From: Candidatus Poribacteria bacterium
Lineage (GTDB): Bacteria; Poribacteria; WGA-4E; PCPOR2b
Assembly: GCA_965208675.1 (NCBI GenBank)
Contig: OZ242351.1
Coordinates: forward strand, 1,792,001-1,856,000
Direction of reading: 5' to 3'
DNA length: 64,000 nucleotides
In this document: positions 10,072 through 20,144 of the stretch, in pieces
Layout of the letters: every line of letters begins with the position of its first letter
Numbering within the stretch: position 1 is the first letter of the stretch
The notes under the pieces: model-generated
Databases searched by the model: none
Told to the model about the DNA's origin: nothing
The model's input: only the letters and a program-made list of their open reading frames with translations
Made by a program: the position numbers and the translations under genes

Positions 10072-10935
10072 TTATGTTTCCTCCTGTCCTTGCAGCGCCC
10101 GAAAATAGATTACCGTCGCGGCAAGAACAATTCCCATCAGCAGGAAAGAGAGCGCGGAACCGAAAGGCCAATCGCGCGCGGTTTTGAACTGGCGTTCAAT
10201 CACATTGCCGATGTAATCAACCTTTCCGCCGCCGAGCAGATCGGGCGTAATAAACGCACCGACCGTTGGAATAAAAACTAACACCGAACCGGCGGCAATC
10301 CCAGGTATACTTAACGGCAACGTTACATTGACAAATGCCTTCCAGCGGTTTGCACCAAGGTCTTTTGCCGCATCAATCAACGTGCGGTCAAACTTCTCTA
10401 ATGAGGCATACAGCGGCAATATCATGAACGGCAGGTATCCATAAATCAGTCCAACCAGCACCGCGATAGGCGTATTGAGCAACTCTACCGTTGGAGCATT
10501 CGGAAAGACTGTCCCCAAAATAGCATTCAACACGCCTTCCGTGCGCAAAATCAATATCCAAGCGTAGGTACGAATGAGAAAGTTTGTCCAGAAGGGCACA
10601 ACAACGAGCAACAAAAGAAGATTGCGTCCTCGAGGCCGATAGCGTGCCAGATAGTAGGCAAACGGATAGCCGATGAGCAGGCAAGCCCCCGTCGATATGA
10701 TGCCCGTTAGGATTGAACGCCAGAGAATACCGAGGTACAGCGGATCAAGCGACTGCCCGTAATTTTTTAGGGTGAAGTGCCACTGGATGCCGCCATAGGT
10801 GCCGCGCTCTGCAAAACTATAGACGAATATTGCGGCGATGGGGATTAGAAAGAAGACAATGAGCCAAAATAGGGCGGGGAAAAGGAGAACAAGCCATTGA
10901 TGATTTCGAAAGGGTTGGGTGTGTTTAGAAAGCAT
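10072..10935 (-). CDS. potB: Spermidine/putrescine-type ABC transporter permease (PotB-like)
   Basis: PFWTNFLIRTYAW, YLPFMILPLYASLE, EAA loop DAAKDLGA, DWPFGSA. Confidence 0.85.
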   Translation of the reverse strand: MLSKHTQPFRNHQWLVLLFPALFWLIVFFLIPIAAIFVYSFAERGTYGGIQWHFTLKNYGQSLDPLYLGILWRSILTGIISTGACLLIGYPFAYYLARYRPRGRNLLLLLVVVPFWTNFLIRTYAWILILRTEGVLNAILGTVFPNAPTVELLNTPIAVLVGLIYGYLPFMILPLYASLEKFDRTLIDAAKDLGANRWKAFVNVTLPLSIPGIAAGSVLVFIPTVGAFITPDLLGGGKVDYIGNVIERQFKTARDWPFGSALSFLLMGIVLAATVIYFRALQGQEET

Positions 10936-11269
10936 CCCTTGCAGGCCGTGTTACATTTGGGATGGTTTATCTTCCCATATTTTATAAATTCTTGCGCCGG
11001 GACTACGATGGCCGCCTCCGGCACCGCCGCCGTGCTTGGATCGACATTTATCGGGTATTCTGTGCCGTTTGCAGCAACCAACTCATCAACGTTGCGTCAT
11101 CAACACGCTCAAATTCTTCCCGGGGCGATGCAGAACCACAACTCGACAACAGCCACAAATAAGAAGGTCAACTCCCGGCGGTTGAATTGGTAACTGTCTG
11201 AGCGGATTGTTACAATCCAGACGTGGAAGTATGACACCTATACGTTCAACGGGCTTGCGGCCTTTCATG

Positions 11270-12466
11270 TTAATCCGCAGCAGTTGCTAATTCCGGGGCG
11301 GCCGTATCCGTCTCACAGAAGGCAACGTAATCCGAAATGAGCTCAGTAATTTCTGGATTCTCGCTGCAGATCGGACAGTTCTCGTCCCGATTGACCTTCA
11401 ATTCTCGAAATTGCATGCTGAGCGCATCATAAAGCAGTAAACGGCCGATGAGTGGATCGCCCGTTCCGAGCAGAAGTTTTACGGCTTCGGTCGCCATCAC
11501 GACGCCAACGACGCCTGGGAGCACGCCCAGGACACCTGCTTCACTTCAGCTTGGAACCATGCCGGGCGGCGGCGGTGCCGGAAACATGCAGCGATAGCAA
11601 GGCCCGTCATGCGGCTTCAGGACGGTCGCCTGTCCCTCAAATTGGAAGATACTCCCGTGTACAACGGTTTTATCCGCCAATACCGCCGCATCATTAACAA
11701 GATAGCGTGTTGCGAAATTGTCGCACCCGTCGACAATCAAATCATAGTCTTGAATAATCTCCATGACGTTGTCTGATTCGAGGCGGACGTGGTACGGAAC
11801 CACCTCAGTGTCAGGGTTCAAGGCTTTGATTGTTGTCGTGGCGGATTGTACCTTTGGAGTGCCAACCGCTTCAGATCGGTGGAGAATCTGGCGTTGGAGG
11901 TTACTGAGTTCTACCGCATCGGAATCGACGATGCCAAGTGTGCCAACACCGGCAGCCGCGAGGTAAATTCCAGCCGGCGATCCCAATCCGCCTGCGCCTA
12001 TAAACACGACTTTTGAATCAAACAGCTTTGCTTGCCCTTTCTCCCCGATTTCGCGCAGCATAAAGTGGCGGCTGTAACGGTCTAACTGGTCCGAGGTCAT
12101 GGATTTTTCTTTGACCGTCGGGTATCCGCTGCTCGTCCACGCCCGATATCCGCCAGCCATGGAGACAGCGTCCGTGTACCCCATGCCTTTAAGGGATTTT
12201 GCGGCAAGCAATGACCTAACTCCGCCTGCGCAATAGACGACAATCTTTTCATCCCGATCGGGCACATAGTCCTCAATATCAAGCTCAAGCATCCCACGGC
12301 TCACATACAGCGCATCGGGGATATAGCCCGATCGATACTCGTCGTTATCGCGGACATCAAGCAAGACAAAGGAATCTCGATTATCCTTCTTCGCCTTGAC
12401 CTCATCAACGCTGACTTCTGAAATTTCCTGCTTTGTTTCTTCGATGATTTCCCTGTACGATTTCAT
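11270..12466 (-). CDS. moeB: Rhodanese-MoeB/ThiF adenylyltransferase fusion with in-frame UGA (11546-11548), probable selenocysteine; 398 aa with readthrough
   Basis: Rhodanese YCAGGVRS; RYSRH, GAGGLGS, SNLQRQ, CYRC; PPPPGMVPS-UGA-SEAGVLGVLPGVVG continues in frame to CPIC; joins ORFs 11546..12466 and 11270..11524. Confidence 0.85.
11510..11536 (-). promoter_or_regulatory. Putative bacterial SECIS hairpin downstream of the moeB UGA
   Basis: mRNA +10..+36 after UGA: GGUG-U-CCUGGG/CGUGCU/CCCAGG-CGUC; 6-bp Watson-Crick upper stem, bulged U, lower stem with G-U pairs, GU near the start of the apical loop. Confidence 0.7.
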
Positions 12467-12624
12467 ATTCGCTACCTAAAGAGACTCCGTGAATTGGATG
12501 CGTTACACCCATTTCAAATGAGGCTGCGGTGCTGCTAGTTTTGACTGTCAAAAACTCCGTTACATCGTCTAACCGAATCTAATCTAAACACGCCGCGCGA
12601 ATTGTCGGCAATCTAGGGAAACTT

Positions 12625-12653
12625 ATTATAATACATGCCGCCTTGCGAGTCAA
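12625..12653 (-). promoter_or_regulatory. sigma70 promoter upstream of moeB
   Basis: TTGACT-N17-TATAAT on the minus strand. Confidence 0.7.
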
Positions 12654-12703
12654 ATTTTTTCTACGTATCTTCGACCTGATTTAGCGCAACCCCTACTTTG
12701 ACG

Positions 12704-13984
12704 CTACTGTGGTTCTGCGCTTGTCAAATCCAGGCATACCAGCTCCTCATTATTCCGCAGGTACAGTTTGCCGCCAGACACGCTGGGTGCTGTCCAGCAG
12801 CGTCCATCGAAGATTTGTGTTTGGGCAACCTCAATATATTCAGTATGGGACGCTTTCACCAATGCGAGGTTTCCACTTTCGCCCAAGATAATGAGATGAC
12901 CGTCGGCATAAATTAGCGAGCCTTTGCGGAAACCGCGTTTCCTCCACTGTTCTTCGCCGGTATTCGCCTCAATACACTTTAACGTCCCGTCGTCGAAGCC
13001 GTACAGATAGCCTTCGTGGAGAATTGATGACGCAAAGTGATTCTTCATTACGCGGCTGCGCCACATCTCGGATACTGAAAACTTGCCGCCGCTTTCCTCG
13101 ACTTGGACCAAGGCAGCGCCCGTGTCGTAACCGGATGATATGAACACTTTGTCTGGCGGGATAAAAACGGGCGTCGCGGCATTGACGTCATAAGAGGTTC
13201 GCCACGCATATCTCCAATACACTTCTCCATCCCGCGGAGATACGGAGACAAGCCCCTCAGCAGTAAAGAATATAGCCTGCCGCACGTTGTGGATGGTGAC
13301 TGTGATTGGCGAGGAATAGGCCGGCGGGTCATCTTGGGTGTTCCATACGATGTCGCCGTTTTCCTTGTTGAATGCAATAATCGCTCTGTTTCCCTTTCCG
13401 CCAGCCTCCATGAGCAATAGATTACCCTCTACCACGGGAGATGCGGAAAATCCGTGCTGGGGTATGGGGCTTTCAAACGCCTTCGTAAAATCGTAATGCC
13501 ACAGTTCCTTTCCTGTAAGTGCGTTTATGGCGACCAACCTGCCGTAAGCGCTAAAGACGTAGACCGTATCGCAGTCAACGGTCGGCGTGGAGCGGGGGCC
13601 GTCACCCCCCTGACGGTTCTTGAAGCGGTAGTCGTCGAGATACCGCCATTTTTCCTCGCCCGTCTTCGCGTCGAAACACACAACGACTTCGTCCTCACCC
13701 TCTGCGTACATCGTATAGGCGCGTCCGCCGGAAATTGAGACGCTAGAATACCCATCACCAAGCGATGTTCGCCAGACCTCTTTTGGCCCTCCCTCCGGCC
13801 AATTCGTGAGGAGTCCCGTTTCATGGGAAACGCCGTCTCGGTTCGGCCCGCGCCATTGATGCCATTCCATCTCCGACGATTGGCTGGATTCGGCATACGT
13901 TACAGCAATGCCTGTCCATAGGCACGAAACTAGTATGAAAAAACCAATGTGTAGATATTTGAATTTCATCGTGTCACACCTCAT
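12704..13984 (-). CDS. Secreted PQQ-like beta-propeller repeat protein
   Basis: Signal peptide, WHQWRGPNRDG, GPRSTPTV, YSSP, WTAPSVSGGKLYLRN. Confidence 0.85.
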   Translation of the reverse strand: MRCDTMKFKYLHIGFFILVSCLWTGIAVTYAESSQSSEMEWHQWRGPNRDGVSHETGLLTNWPEGGPKEVWRTSLGDGYSSVSISGGRAYTMYAEGEDEVVVCFDAKTGEEKWRYLDDYRFKNRQGGDGPRSTPTVDCDTVYVFSAYGRLVAINALTGKELWHYDFTKAFESPIPQHGFSASPVVEGNLLLMEAGGKGNRAIIAFNKENGDIVWNTQDDPPAYSSPITVTIHNVRQAIFFTAEGLVSVSPRDGEVYWRYAWRTSYDVNAATPVFIPPDKVFISSGYDTGAALVQVEESGGKFSVSEMWRSRVMKNHFASSILHEGYLYGFDDGTLKCIEANTGEEQWRKRGFRKGSLIYADGHLIILGESGNLALVKASHTEYIEVAQTQIFDGRCWTAPSVSGGKLYLRNNEELVCLDLTSAEPQ

Positions 13985-14164
13985 TTTCTTTGTTTTTAAT
14001 GGTCACAGCGATAGTACACCCTGACGACAATTTCTCGCTTGGCCTACTCCCACCTAGCACCCCCTTTTGAAAGGGGAGAACTCTCTGATGAACGCACGAA
14101 GGCGCGTTAACCAACCCATTGCCGAATACAAAACCGCCAAACGCCCATTATTTTGTAAAAACTG

Positions 14165-16654
14165 TCAATCGTTCGGCTTCCCCGGCGTCATCGCTAACGG
14201 TTTAAAGTCGCCAATCCCATTGGGAAACCTACCGAGCGCAACATCCTTGTCCTGTGCGACGTATTCTACCGAAGATAGTATTTGATTCCGCCGGGCATCG
14301 GTATCAATAAGCATAACGATTTCCCCGTGCCGTGAGAGCTTGAAATTCGCGTGAAGCCCTGGACGGTCCTTGATATCTTCATCAGCCCAAACAATCATGT
14401 AGCCGTTAGGCGCTAGGACAGTGTTATCGGGAAATGCCCATTTTCTCGGATTGTTTGGGTTGTCACTCAAGTACATATTCGAAAGATCTACCTCATGACC
14501 GCTGAGGTTGTGCAATTCAATCCAGTCATCGTGCTCCCCTTGCGGGTCGGCGATACTCGCCGTGTTATTCGGCATCAATTCGTTAATGACAATCAGAGTG
14601 CTTTCGGCCAAAGGTGCGCGCACACGGTAGGACAACGCACCCAATTCCGCGTTCGCAGGCGAAAACACGGTAGTTCCGCTCGCTTCAAGCGTGCGCGCTT
14701 CAACATAATAACGCACTTCTGTCCCCGCACGCACGGCGGGGATTTCACCCGTGTAGCCGCTGCCGTGCCGAGACATCCGGACACTCTCAAACGGTTCCAA
14801 TCGACTCGCGGCGTAATACAGCATGACAGCGTCAATCTCGGTATCGGCGTCAATCTCCGCTGTAATTTGCACAGGCTCATTCGCCAGCGGCTTTTCGGGT
14901 TGGGAAACGAACTGGATGGATGCCGTCCATCTGTTTATTTCGGGATGATTGAGTAGGAACTCCCGACGCTCGTCGACAAACTGTTTGAAACTTGGAGCCG
15001 CTCTTGATCCTCTGCCGCTGCTCTGATTTCCAATGTGGCTAGTGGCAAACGCCTCGTAAGCATAGAGTTTCTTGTCGTCCGCCTTTACCTCGGCATCAAT
15101 GAGCACGCGGTATCCTTCGATGATTGGCGCAAGCACCTCCCAATCCAGCCATTCGCCCACAATGGTGCGGATATGTGCCAAATATCGCGCACGCAGATGC
15201 GGAATGGAGAACAAGCGGCTAATCACCGGCCGCATCGCATCGGACTCCTGTGCGACAGGAGACAGCATAGGACCGTCGTAATCCCAAGAGTTGGGTCCCC
15301 CGCCTCCGGCATAACGAAACGTCTCGTTATTGTCTTGCGGCAAGAAATGAAAGCGCCCCAACGGATCTTGGTAGATTGCGTAATCGCTCGCGCGGCTGAA
15401 ATAGCCGTCATTGTCAATGAACACATTCTCCAGCGCAAGATTCCACAGCGCACGGTCAATGTTGAACACCCGTGAAAGCTCGCCTTCAAGTTTTTCATCA
15501 GGTGTTTTATCCAGAATTTTGCACAGCGCAATTAAATCTACCCACGCATTCGGCGCGTCATTTGTTTTTAGTTGATAGGCTCGCCGATAGGAGTCAGGGT
15601 TTTCGCCATTATAGACAAGACCGCCCTCGCGGCTTGGCGGCACTTTCCAACGAACCCCACGTCTCGTTCCGAACCACTCGTTGAGGAAGTCTTTGTTGAA
15701 CTGCTGGGCGTTTATGTAGATTCCCCAGCTTTCTCCGTTAATCATTAGTTTAACAAAGTTAACCTTTGATGCGGGAATATAATTTTGTGCTATCCGTGAA
15801 TAAAGCACCTCACGGAGAAATGAGGAATCGGCATGGCCATTAAGTAGATTGAGCGTTTTGTAACCGTAGAGGCGCTGGGTGCCATCGCCGTAGTCAACGG
15901 CGATGTGGAACGACTTTTTCTCGGAGTCTCGTATCGTGAAATAGGACGAACTGCCGCGAAACCGGACGCCGACTGATGGATAGACTCTACCATCGACGAT
16001 TAAATCGGCAGGCAGATTGACATCCGTCTTATAAAAATCGCCGAGCTGTTCATACCAATTTTCGTCGTGAAATCGCAGGTATAGGGTGCGCAGCGTTTTT
16101 GCGTCATATAGATGGGGTTCGCCTTTCGGTGCCGCGGCGCGGCTCATCTGTAAATCCGTTTCGAGTGTTGTATTAGGCGAGGATCGGCCTGAGGGACGAG
16201 CACTGCCGCTTTCACCTCTACTGTTTCGGATATAGCTTTGTGCCGCTTTTCGTTCTTCGGCATTTAATTTTCCGTCGTTATCGCCGTCAAAACGGTCGAC
16301 AATCATCTCAGCTCGCCTCGGACCCATGCGGCCGCCGAATCCACCAAGACGCCCGAAACGCCGTTCACGGCGCATCTGTCTGACATCCTCAGCGTTTAAG
16401 TCTTGACCCGTGAATACCTCAAATGTAGTTGCCTGAAACATTAAATCGCGTTCTGCTTCGTTCAGTTTACCGTCGCCATCTGAGTCAAATAGCTCCAAAT
16501 CGGAATCAGGGACTTTGGGTTCGTCCGCGTGTATATTTAGGGCAAAGAGGAGTCCACCTAACAGCATGATGGCGAGTATCAGTGGGCTAATTGTTTTACG
16601 TGGCATATTCTTGTCCGGCGTTCCGTGTGTTTCGATATTTTTTTCCGTCGACAA
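14165..16654 (-). CDS. CotH kinase family protein with N-terminal EF-hand-like motifs and C-terminal lamin-tail domain; start uncertain
   Basis: VGVRFRGSSS, KKSF, LNLLN, GIYINAQQ, DNNETF; DSDGDGKLN and DGDNDGKLN; LTD VINELM..DWIELHN..TPGKPN. Confidence 0.82.
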   Translation of the reverse strand: MSTEKNIETHGTPDKNMPRKTISPLILAIMLLGGLLFALNIHADEPKVPDSDLELFDSDGDGKLNEAERDLMFQATTFEVFTGQDLNAEDVRQMRRERRFGRLGGFGGRMGPRRAEMIVDRFDGDNDGKLNAEERKAAQSYIRNSRGESGSARPSGRSSPNTTLETDLQMSRAAAPKGEPHLYDAKTLRTLYLRFHDENWYEQLGDFYKTDVNLPADLIVDGRVYPSVGVRFRGSSSYFTIRDSEKKSFHIAVDYGDGTQRLYGYKTLNLLNGHADSSFLREVLYSRIAQNYIPASKVNFVKLMINGESWGIYINAQQFNKDFLNEWFGTRRGVRWKVPPSREGGLVYNGENPDSYRRAYQLKTNDAPNAWVDLIALCKILDKTPDEKLEGELSRVFNIDRALWNLALENVFIDNDGYFSRASDYAIYQDPLGRFHFLPQDNNETFRYAGGGGPNSWDYDGPMLSPVAQESDAMRPVISRLFSIPHLRARYLAHIRTIVGEWLDWEVLAPIIEGYRVLIDAEVKADDKKLYAYEAFATSHIGNQSSGRGSRAAPSFKQFVDERREFLLNHPEINRWTASIQFVSQPEKPLANEPVQITAEIDADTEIDAVMLYYAASRLEPFESVRMSRHGSGYTGEIPAVRAGTEVRYYVEARTLEASGTTVFSPANAELGALSYRVRAPLAESTLIVINELMPNNTASIADPQGEHDDWIELHNLSGHEVDLSNMYLSDNPNNPRKWAFPDNTVLAPNGYMIVWADEDIKDRPGLHANFKLSRHGEIVMLIDTDARRNQILSSVEYVAQDKDVALGRFPNGIGDFKPLAMTPGKPND

Positions 16655-16924
16655 TAATATAGCCTAAGTGAGAAATGATATGCAATCCAAAACTCACTTA
16701 GACATAATGAAGACACCGGTTAAGTCAATTTATTTAGAAAAACGGAGAACATAAATTGTTCGCATTTTCCGCGTCTTGAGATGAAACCACGAGGTTCTCC
16801 AACGCTAACTGCCGCCACAACGGTTAATCACTTGCCTCAAGGTTATATTTTTGCAAAACTTCGATGACCATACCAAAAGGTTTATCCGGGAAAAGGACAG
16901 CCAGCTTCCGCGTATAATCCAACC

Positions 16925-18260
16925 TGGATAAACACGGAGACAAAGTCCAGAGTTTAATAGTTTACAAAAGTTTACAAAAATTAACAAAGTTTACACACTT
17001 TTTCTATCCTACACGATTCTTTCGTTCATTGCCGTCATGCGTAAACGTCTGAATCGCGGATTGCCGCGGATTATGCGGATGACACAGATTGAAAGAACTC
17101 CATCACGGTTGGGTCCATTTGCAAAATCGATTGCCGTGTTACTCATGAGTTCTTGTAGGTTGGGTTAAGCGGAATTTAAGAAAAATGGCATCTACGCTGT
17201 GTGCGCTTATAGGTTTGATTGCGTTAGAATTTTGTAATGGGTAGCGAACCCAACCTACAACGCGGTTGAATTTTGTGCGGATTTGGATAAACGCGGAGAC
17301 AAAAATCAGATTTCAGAAGTTGACAAAAGTTTACAAAATTTAACAAAGTTTACATATTTTTCCCTCTATCGCGCTAGAAGGCAAATGTCTGAATCGCGGA
17401 TTGCCGCGGATTGTGCGGATGACACAGATTGAAAGAACTCCATCACGGTTGGGTCCATTTGCAAAATCGATTGCCGCGTTACTCATGAGTTCTTGTAGGT
17501 TGGGTTAAGCGGAATTTAAAAAAAATGGCATCCACGCTGTGTGCGCTTATAGGTTTGATTGCGTTAGAATTTTGTAATGGGTAGCGAACCCAACGTTTTT
17601 CGGTATTTCGAGTGTGTTTCATTGAACGGCACCGGTTGGTACGTAGGAAAAGCGTTGGGTTACGTTGCATCTCAACTAGTTTGGGCGGAAATCCTTTCCC
17701 GAAACCGATGAGTTTTTAGTAGCATATTTCTAGAACCCGCTCAACCCAACCTACAAAAACTGTTACAGATTAGCACCGAGACAATACTCAGATACCAAAG
17801 GTTGACAAAAGTTTACAAAATTTAACAAAGTTTACACACTTATGTCTATCCCACGCAATTCTTGCTTCCACCGCCGTCATGTGTAAACGTCTGAATCGCG
17901 GATTGCCGCGGATTTTACAGAGAACACGGATTGCAAGAACACCATTAGGGTTAGGGTCGTTTTGAAAAATCGTTTACCGCGTTCGCCATACGTTCTTGTA
18001 GGTTGGGTTAAGCGGAGGCTACGAAAAATAGCATGTATGCCGTGTGCGTGTCTAGGTTTGATTGCGCGAAAAATTGTGTTACACGTAGCGAACCCAACCT
18101 TCAACGCTGTTGAATTTTCAGTGGATCCAGATAAACGCGGGGACATAACTCAGAAATCCAAATTTGACAAAAGTTTACAGAATTTGACAGATTTGAATTT
18201 AATCCTACACAATTCTTCTGTCCAACGCCATTGTCTGAATCGCGGATTGCCGCGGATTAA
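16925..18260. repeat. Tandem array of ~340 bp composite repeat units (three units plus a partial fourth)
   Basis: GTCTGAATCGCGGATTGCCGCGGATT at 17047, 17387, 17889 and 18233, each preceded by a TTNACAAAA direct-repeat block; the first three are followed by GTAGGTTGGGTTAAGCGG...GCGAACCCAAC. Confidence 0.92.
17495..17754. repeat. GTAG-type REP/REPIN-like nested inverted repeat
   Basis: GTAGGTTGGGTT...AACCCAACG...CGTTGGGTT...AACCCAACCTAC; simpler copy at 17155-17258. Confidence 0.8.
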
Positions 18261-18382
18261 AAACACTGGCGTTATCCGATTCATCTGTTGAATCCGTATG
18301 GCTATGTACCTGTATTTCGGTGATTTATCGCCGGAGCCGTGGTTCGCCTATTCAAATGGCAACAGAACCTCGCAACTGAAGG

Positions 18383-19585
18383 TTATGGTAATATAGTCTG
18401 ATGGAATTGTATCTTTCCATCTTTAACGGTATTGATGACTAGACTTTTGATCGCGCGCCGATTTTCATCAAAATGCGCTAGTATTGCCGCACCGTTGTAG
18501 TTCCGAGTCGCCTCAATCTGTTTGCGGATTGCTGCGGGGGTTATGTCAGCCGATCGACGCATGGCTTCAATGACAATAGAGGTAGAGTCATAGCCTAGTG
18601 CAGCGGGACCGTCGGGGGCGATACCAAATCGTGCAGTATAGGCGGCAACAAATTGACGCGCCGCTGCGCTTAACTCTGCGGTCGGGGCATCGGCGGAAAA
18701 ATGATTCGCAAAGTAACTCCCTTCAATGGCGGGACCGGCGATTTCAAATAAGTCCGGCCTGTCCCAACCATCGCCGCCCAGAAAGGTCGCCGCAATATCA
18801 ATTGCAGTGTCCTTCGCCTGTTTAACTGCCAGCGGGAATTCCGCACCCAAACCACCCAGAAACACCACATCAACAGCAGGTTCCACCGCGGCAATTGGAA
18901 TTAACTGCGCCGTAAAATCTGTCGTACCTGCCTCGTAAGGTTCATGAACTGCAATTGTGCCACCGAGCGCGGTAAACTGTTCAATGAAAGCGTCCGATAA
19001 GCCCTCCGAGTAGCTGTTACCTGTTTCCGTGAGGACCGCGGCAGTCGTTGCCGCCAACCCCTGCATAGCAAAATTCGCTATCATACTCGCCTGATACGGA
19101 TCTGTATAAGCGCCCATAAAAGAAAAATTCCCATTTCTAGTTACCTGTGGGTTTGTCGGATAGGTTGTCACCATCGGTATTCCGCGTTGTTGAACCACCG
19201 CTCCGACTTCCATAGCCACGGTGCTGTAGTCCGGTCCCACGATTGCCAATACACCTGCATCAATGAGTTCCTTTGCGAATTCAACACTGAGTGAGGGGTC
19301 TCTTTGATCTTCTCTAATCAGAAGTTCTATCGGTTGTCCGTTAATCCATCCCGCCTCGTTTGCAAGGAGGACAGCTACCTCAGCACCGCTCCGAGTCGTT
19401 CCGGGGTCGGGTGGACTATAAAGGAAACCGATTTTGATTGGACCCGCACTGTCAGGTTCATCAGGCACGACGAGTTCTTGAATAAAGTCGCACGCTAAAA
19501 AGCAAAGGGGCAATAAGAAAAATAACGCCAAAATACCGTAATCCGAGAAACATCTGGGTATGGTTCTATGCTGGTTGAATATCAT
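18383..19585 (-). CDS. Branched-chain amino acid (Liv-type) ABC substrate-binding lipoprotein
   Basis: Lipobox-like CFLAC, INGQPIEL..D, IVGP, FLGGDGWD, ALGYD. Confidence 0.85.
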   Translation of the reverse strand: MIFNQHRTIPRCFSDYGILALFFLLPLCFLACDFIQELVVPDEPDSAGPIKIGFLYSPPDPGTTRSGAEVAVLLANEAGWINGQPIELLIREDQRDPSLSVEFAKELIDAGVLAIVGPDYSTVAMEVGAVVQQRGIPMVTTYPTNPQVTRNGNFSFMGAYTDPYQASMIANFAMQGLAATTAAVLTETGNSYSEGLSDAFIEQFTALGGTIAVHEPYEAGTTDFTAQLIPIAAVEPAVDVVFLGGLGAEFPLAVKQAKDTAIDIAATFLGGDGWDRPDLFEIAGPAIEGSYFANHFSADAPTAELSAAARQFVAAYTARFGIAPDGPAALGYDSTSIVIEAMRRSADITPAAIRKQIEATRNYNGAAILAHFDENRRAIKSLVINTVKDGKIQFHQTILP

Positions 19586-19640
19586 AAAGATTCTCCTTTT
19601 GGTTCGAGGTAATATAATGGTGATGCCTTATCCCTATGCT

Positions 19641-20130
19641 TGTCTGAATTAGGATTCACTGGATTAAAGGATTGTCAGGATTTTGGGGACGCATCCTCTC
19701 TTTTCTCACTGTCTGAATCGCAGATTGGCGCGGATTAAAGGATTACACGGATTGAAAAAACTATCACGATTGGCTTCGTTTCGTAAAATCGGCTGCCGCG
19801 TTCTCCAGGTGGTAATTTCTCTTATTCATCGTCAACGAGGCACCTTAGCTTTTGTAGGCTGGGTAGAGCCAAAGGCGAAACCCAACGTTTCTAAAGCGTT
19901 ACGAACTCATCGACGGATCCGAACGGCAAACACACAATATTAGACGCATCACAACAGCATAGACAAGAAAAGCGTTGGGTTTCGCTTCATGGCAACAAAA
20001 ATGAAACAAACTCACCTTCCGATCGTCTTGCTCCCTATGTCGATTGTTTCTCAACCCCGCTCTACCCAACGTACAAAACTACTTGGTGATTTGGCTTCGT
20101 TTCGTAGAACTCGGTTACCACGTTCTCCAT
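19641..20130. repeat. Diverged further copy of the composite repeat, including a GTAG REPIN (19854-20074)
   Basis: TGTCTGAAT..GGATT modules at 19641 and 19710, TTGGCTTCGTTTCGTA twice, GTAGGCTGGGTAGAG...CTCTACCCAACGTAC. Confidence 0.8.
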
Positions 20131-20144
20131 TAGTAAGGTGTACG

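Noticed and set aside
10940-11268. Small ORFs between moeB and potB
   Set aside because: Several short overlapping frames with no recognisable family; possibly decayed sequence
11270-12466. moeB as a pseudogene or two separate genes
   Set aside because: A single in-frame UGA at the conserved Cys with a downstream hairpin and no other lesions fits Sec recoding better
16925-18260. CRISPR array
   Set aside because: The period is ~340 bp, the intervening sequences are homologous rather than unique spacers, and there are no cas genes
16805-18291. Short ORFs (16805, 17479, 17877, 17962) in the repeat region
   Set aside because: They are translations of the repeat/REP modules, with no recognisable domains
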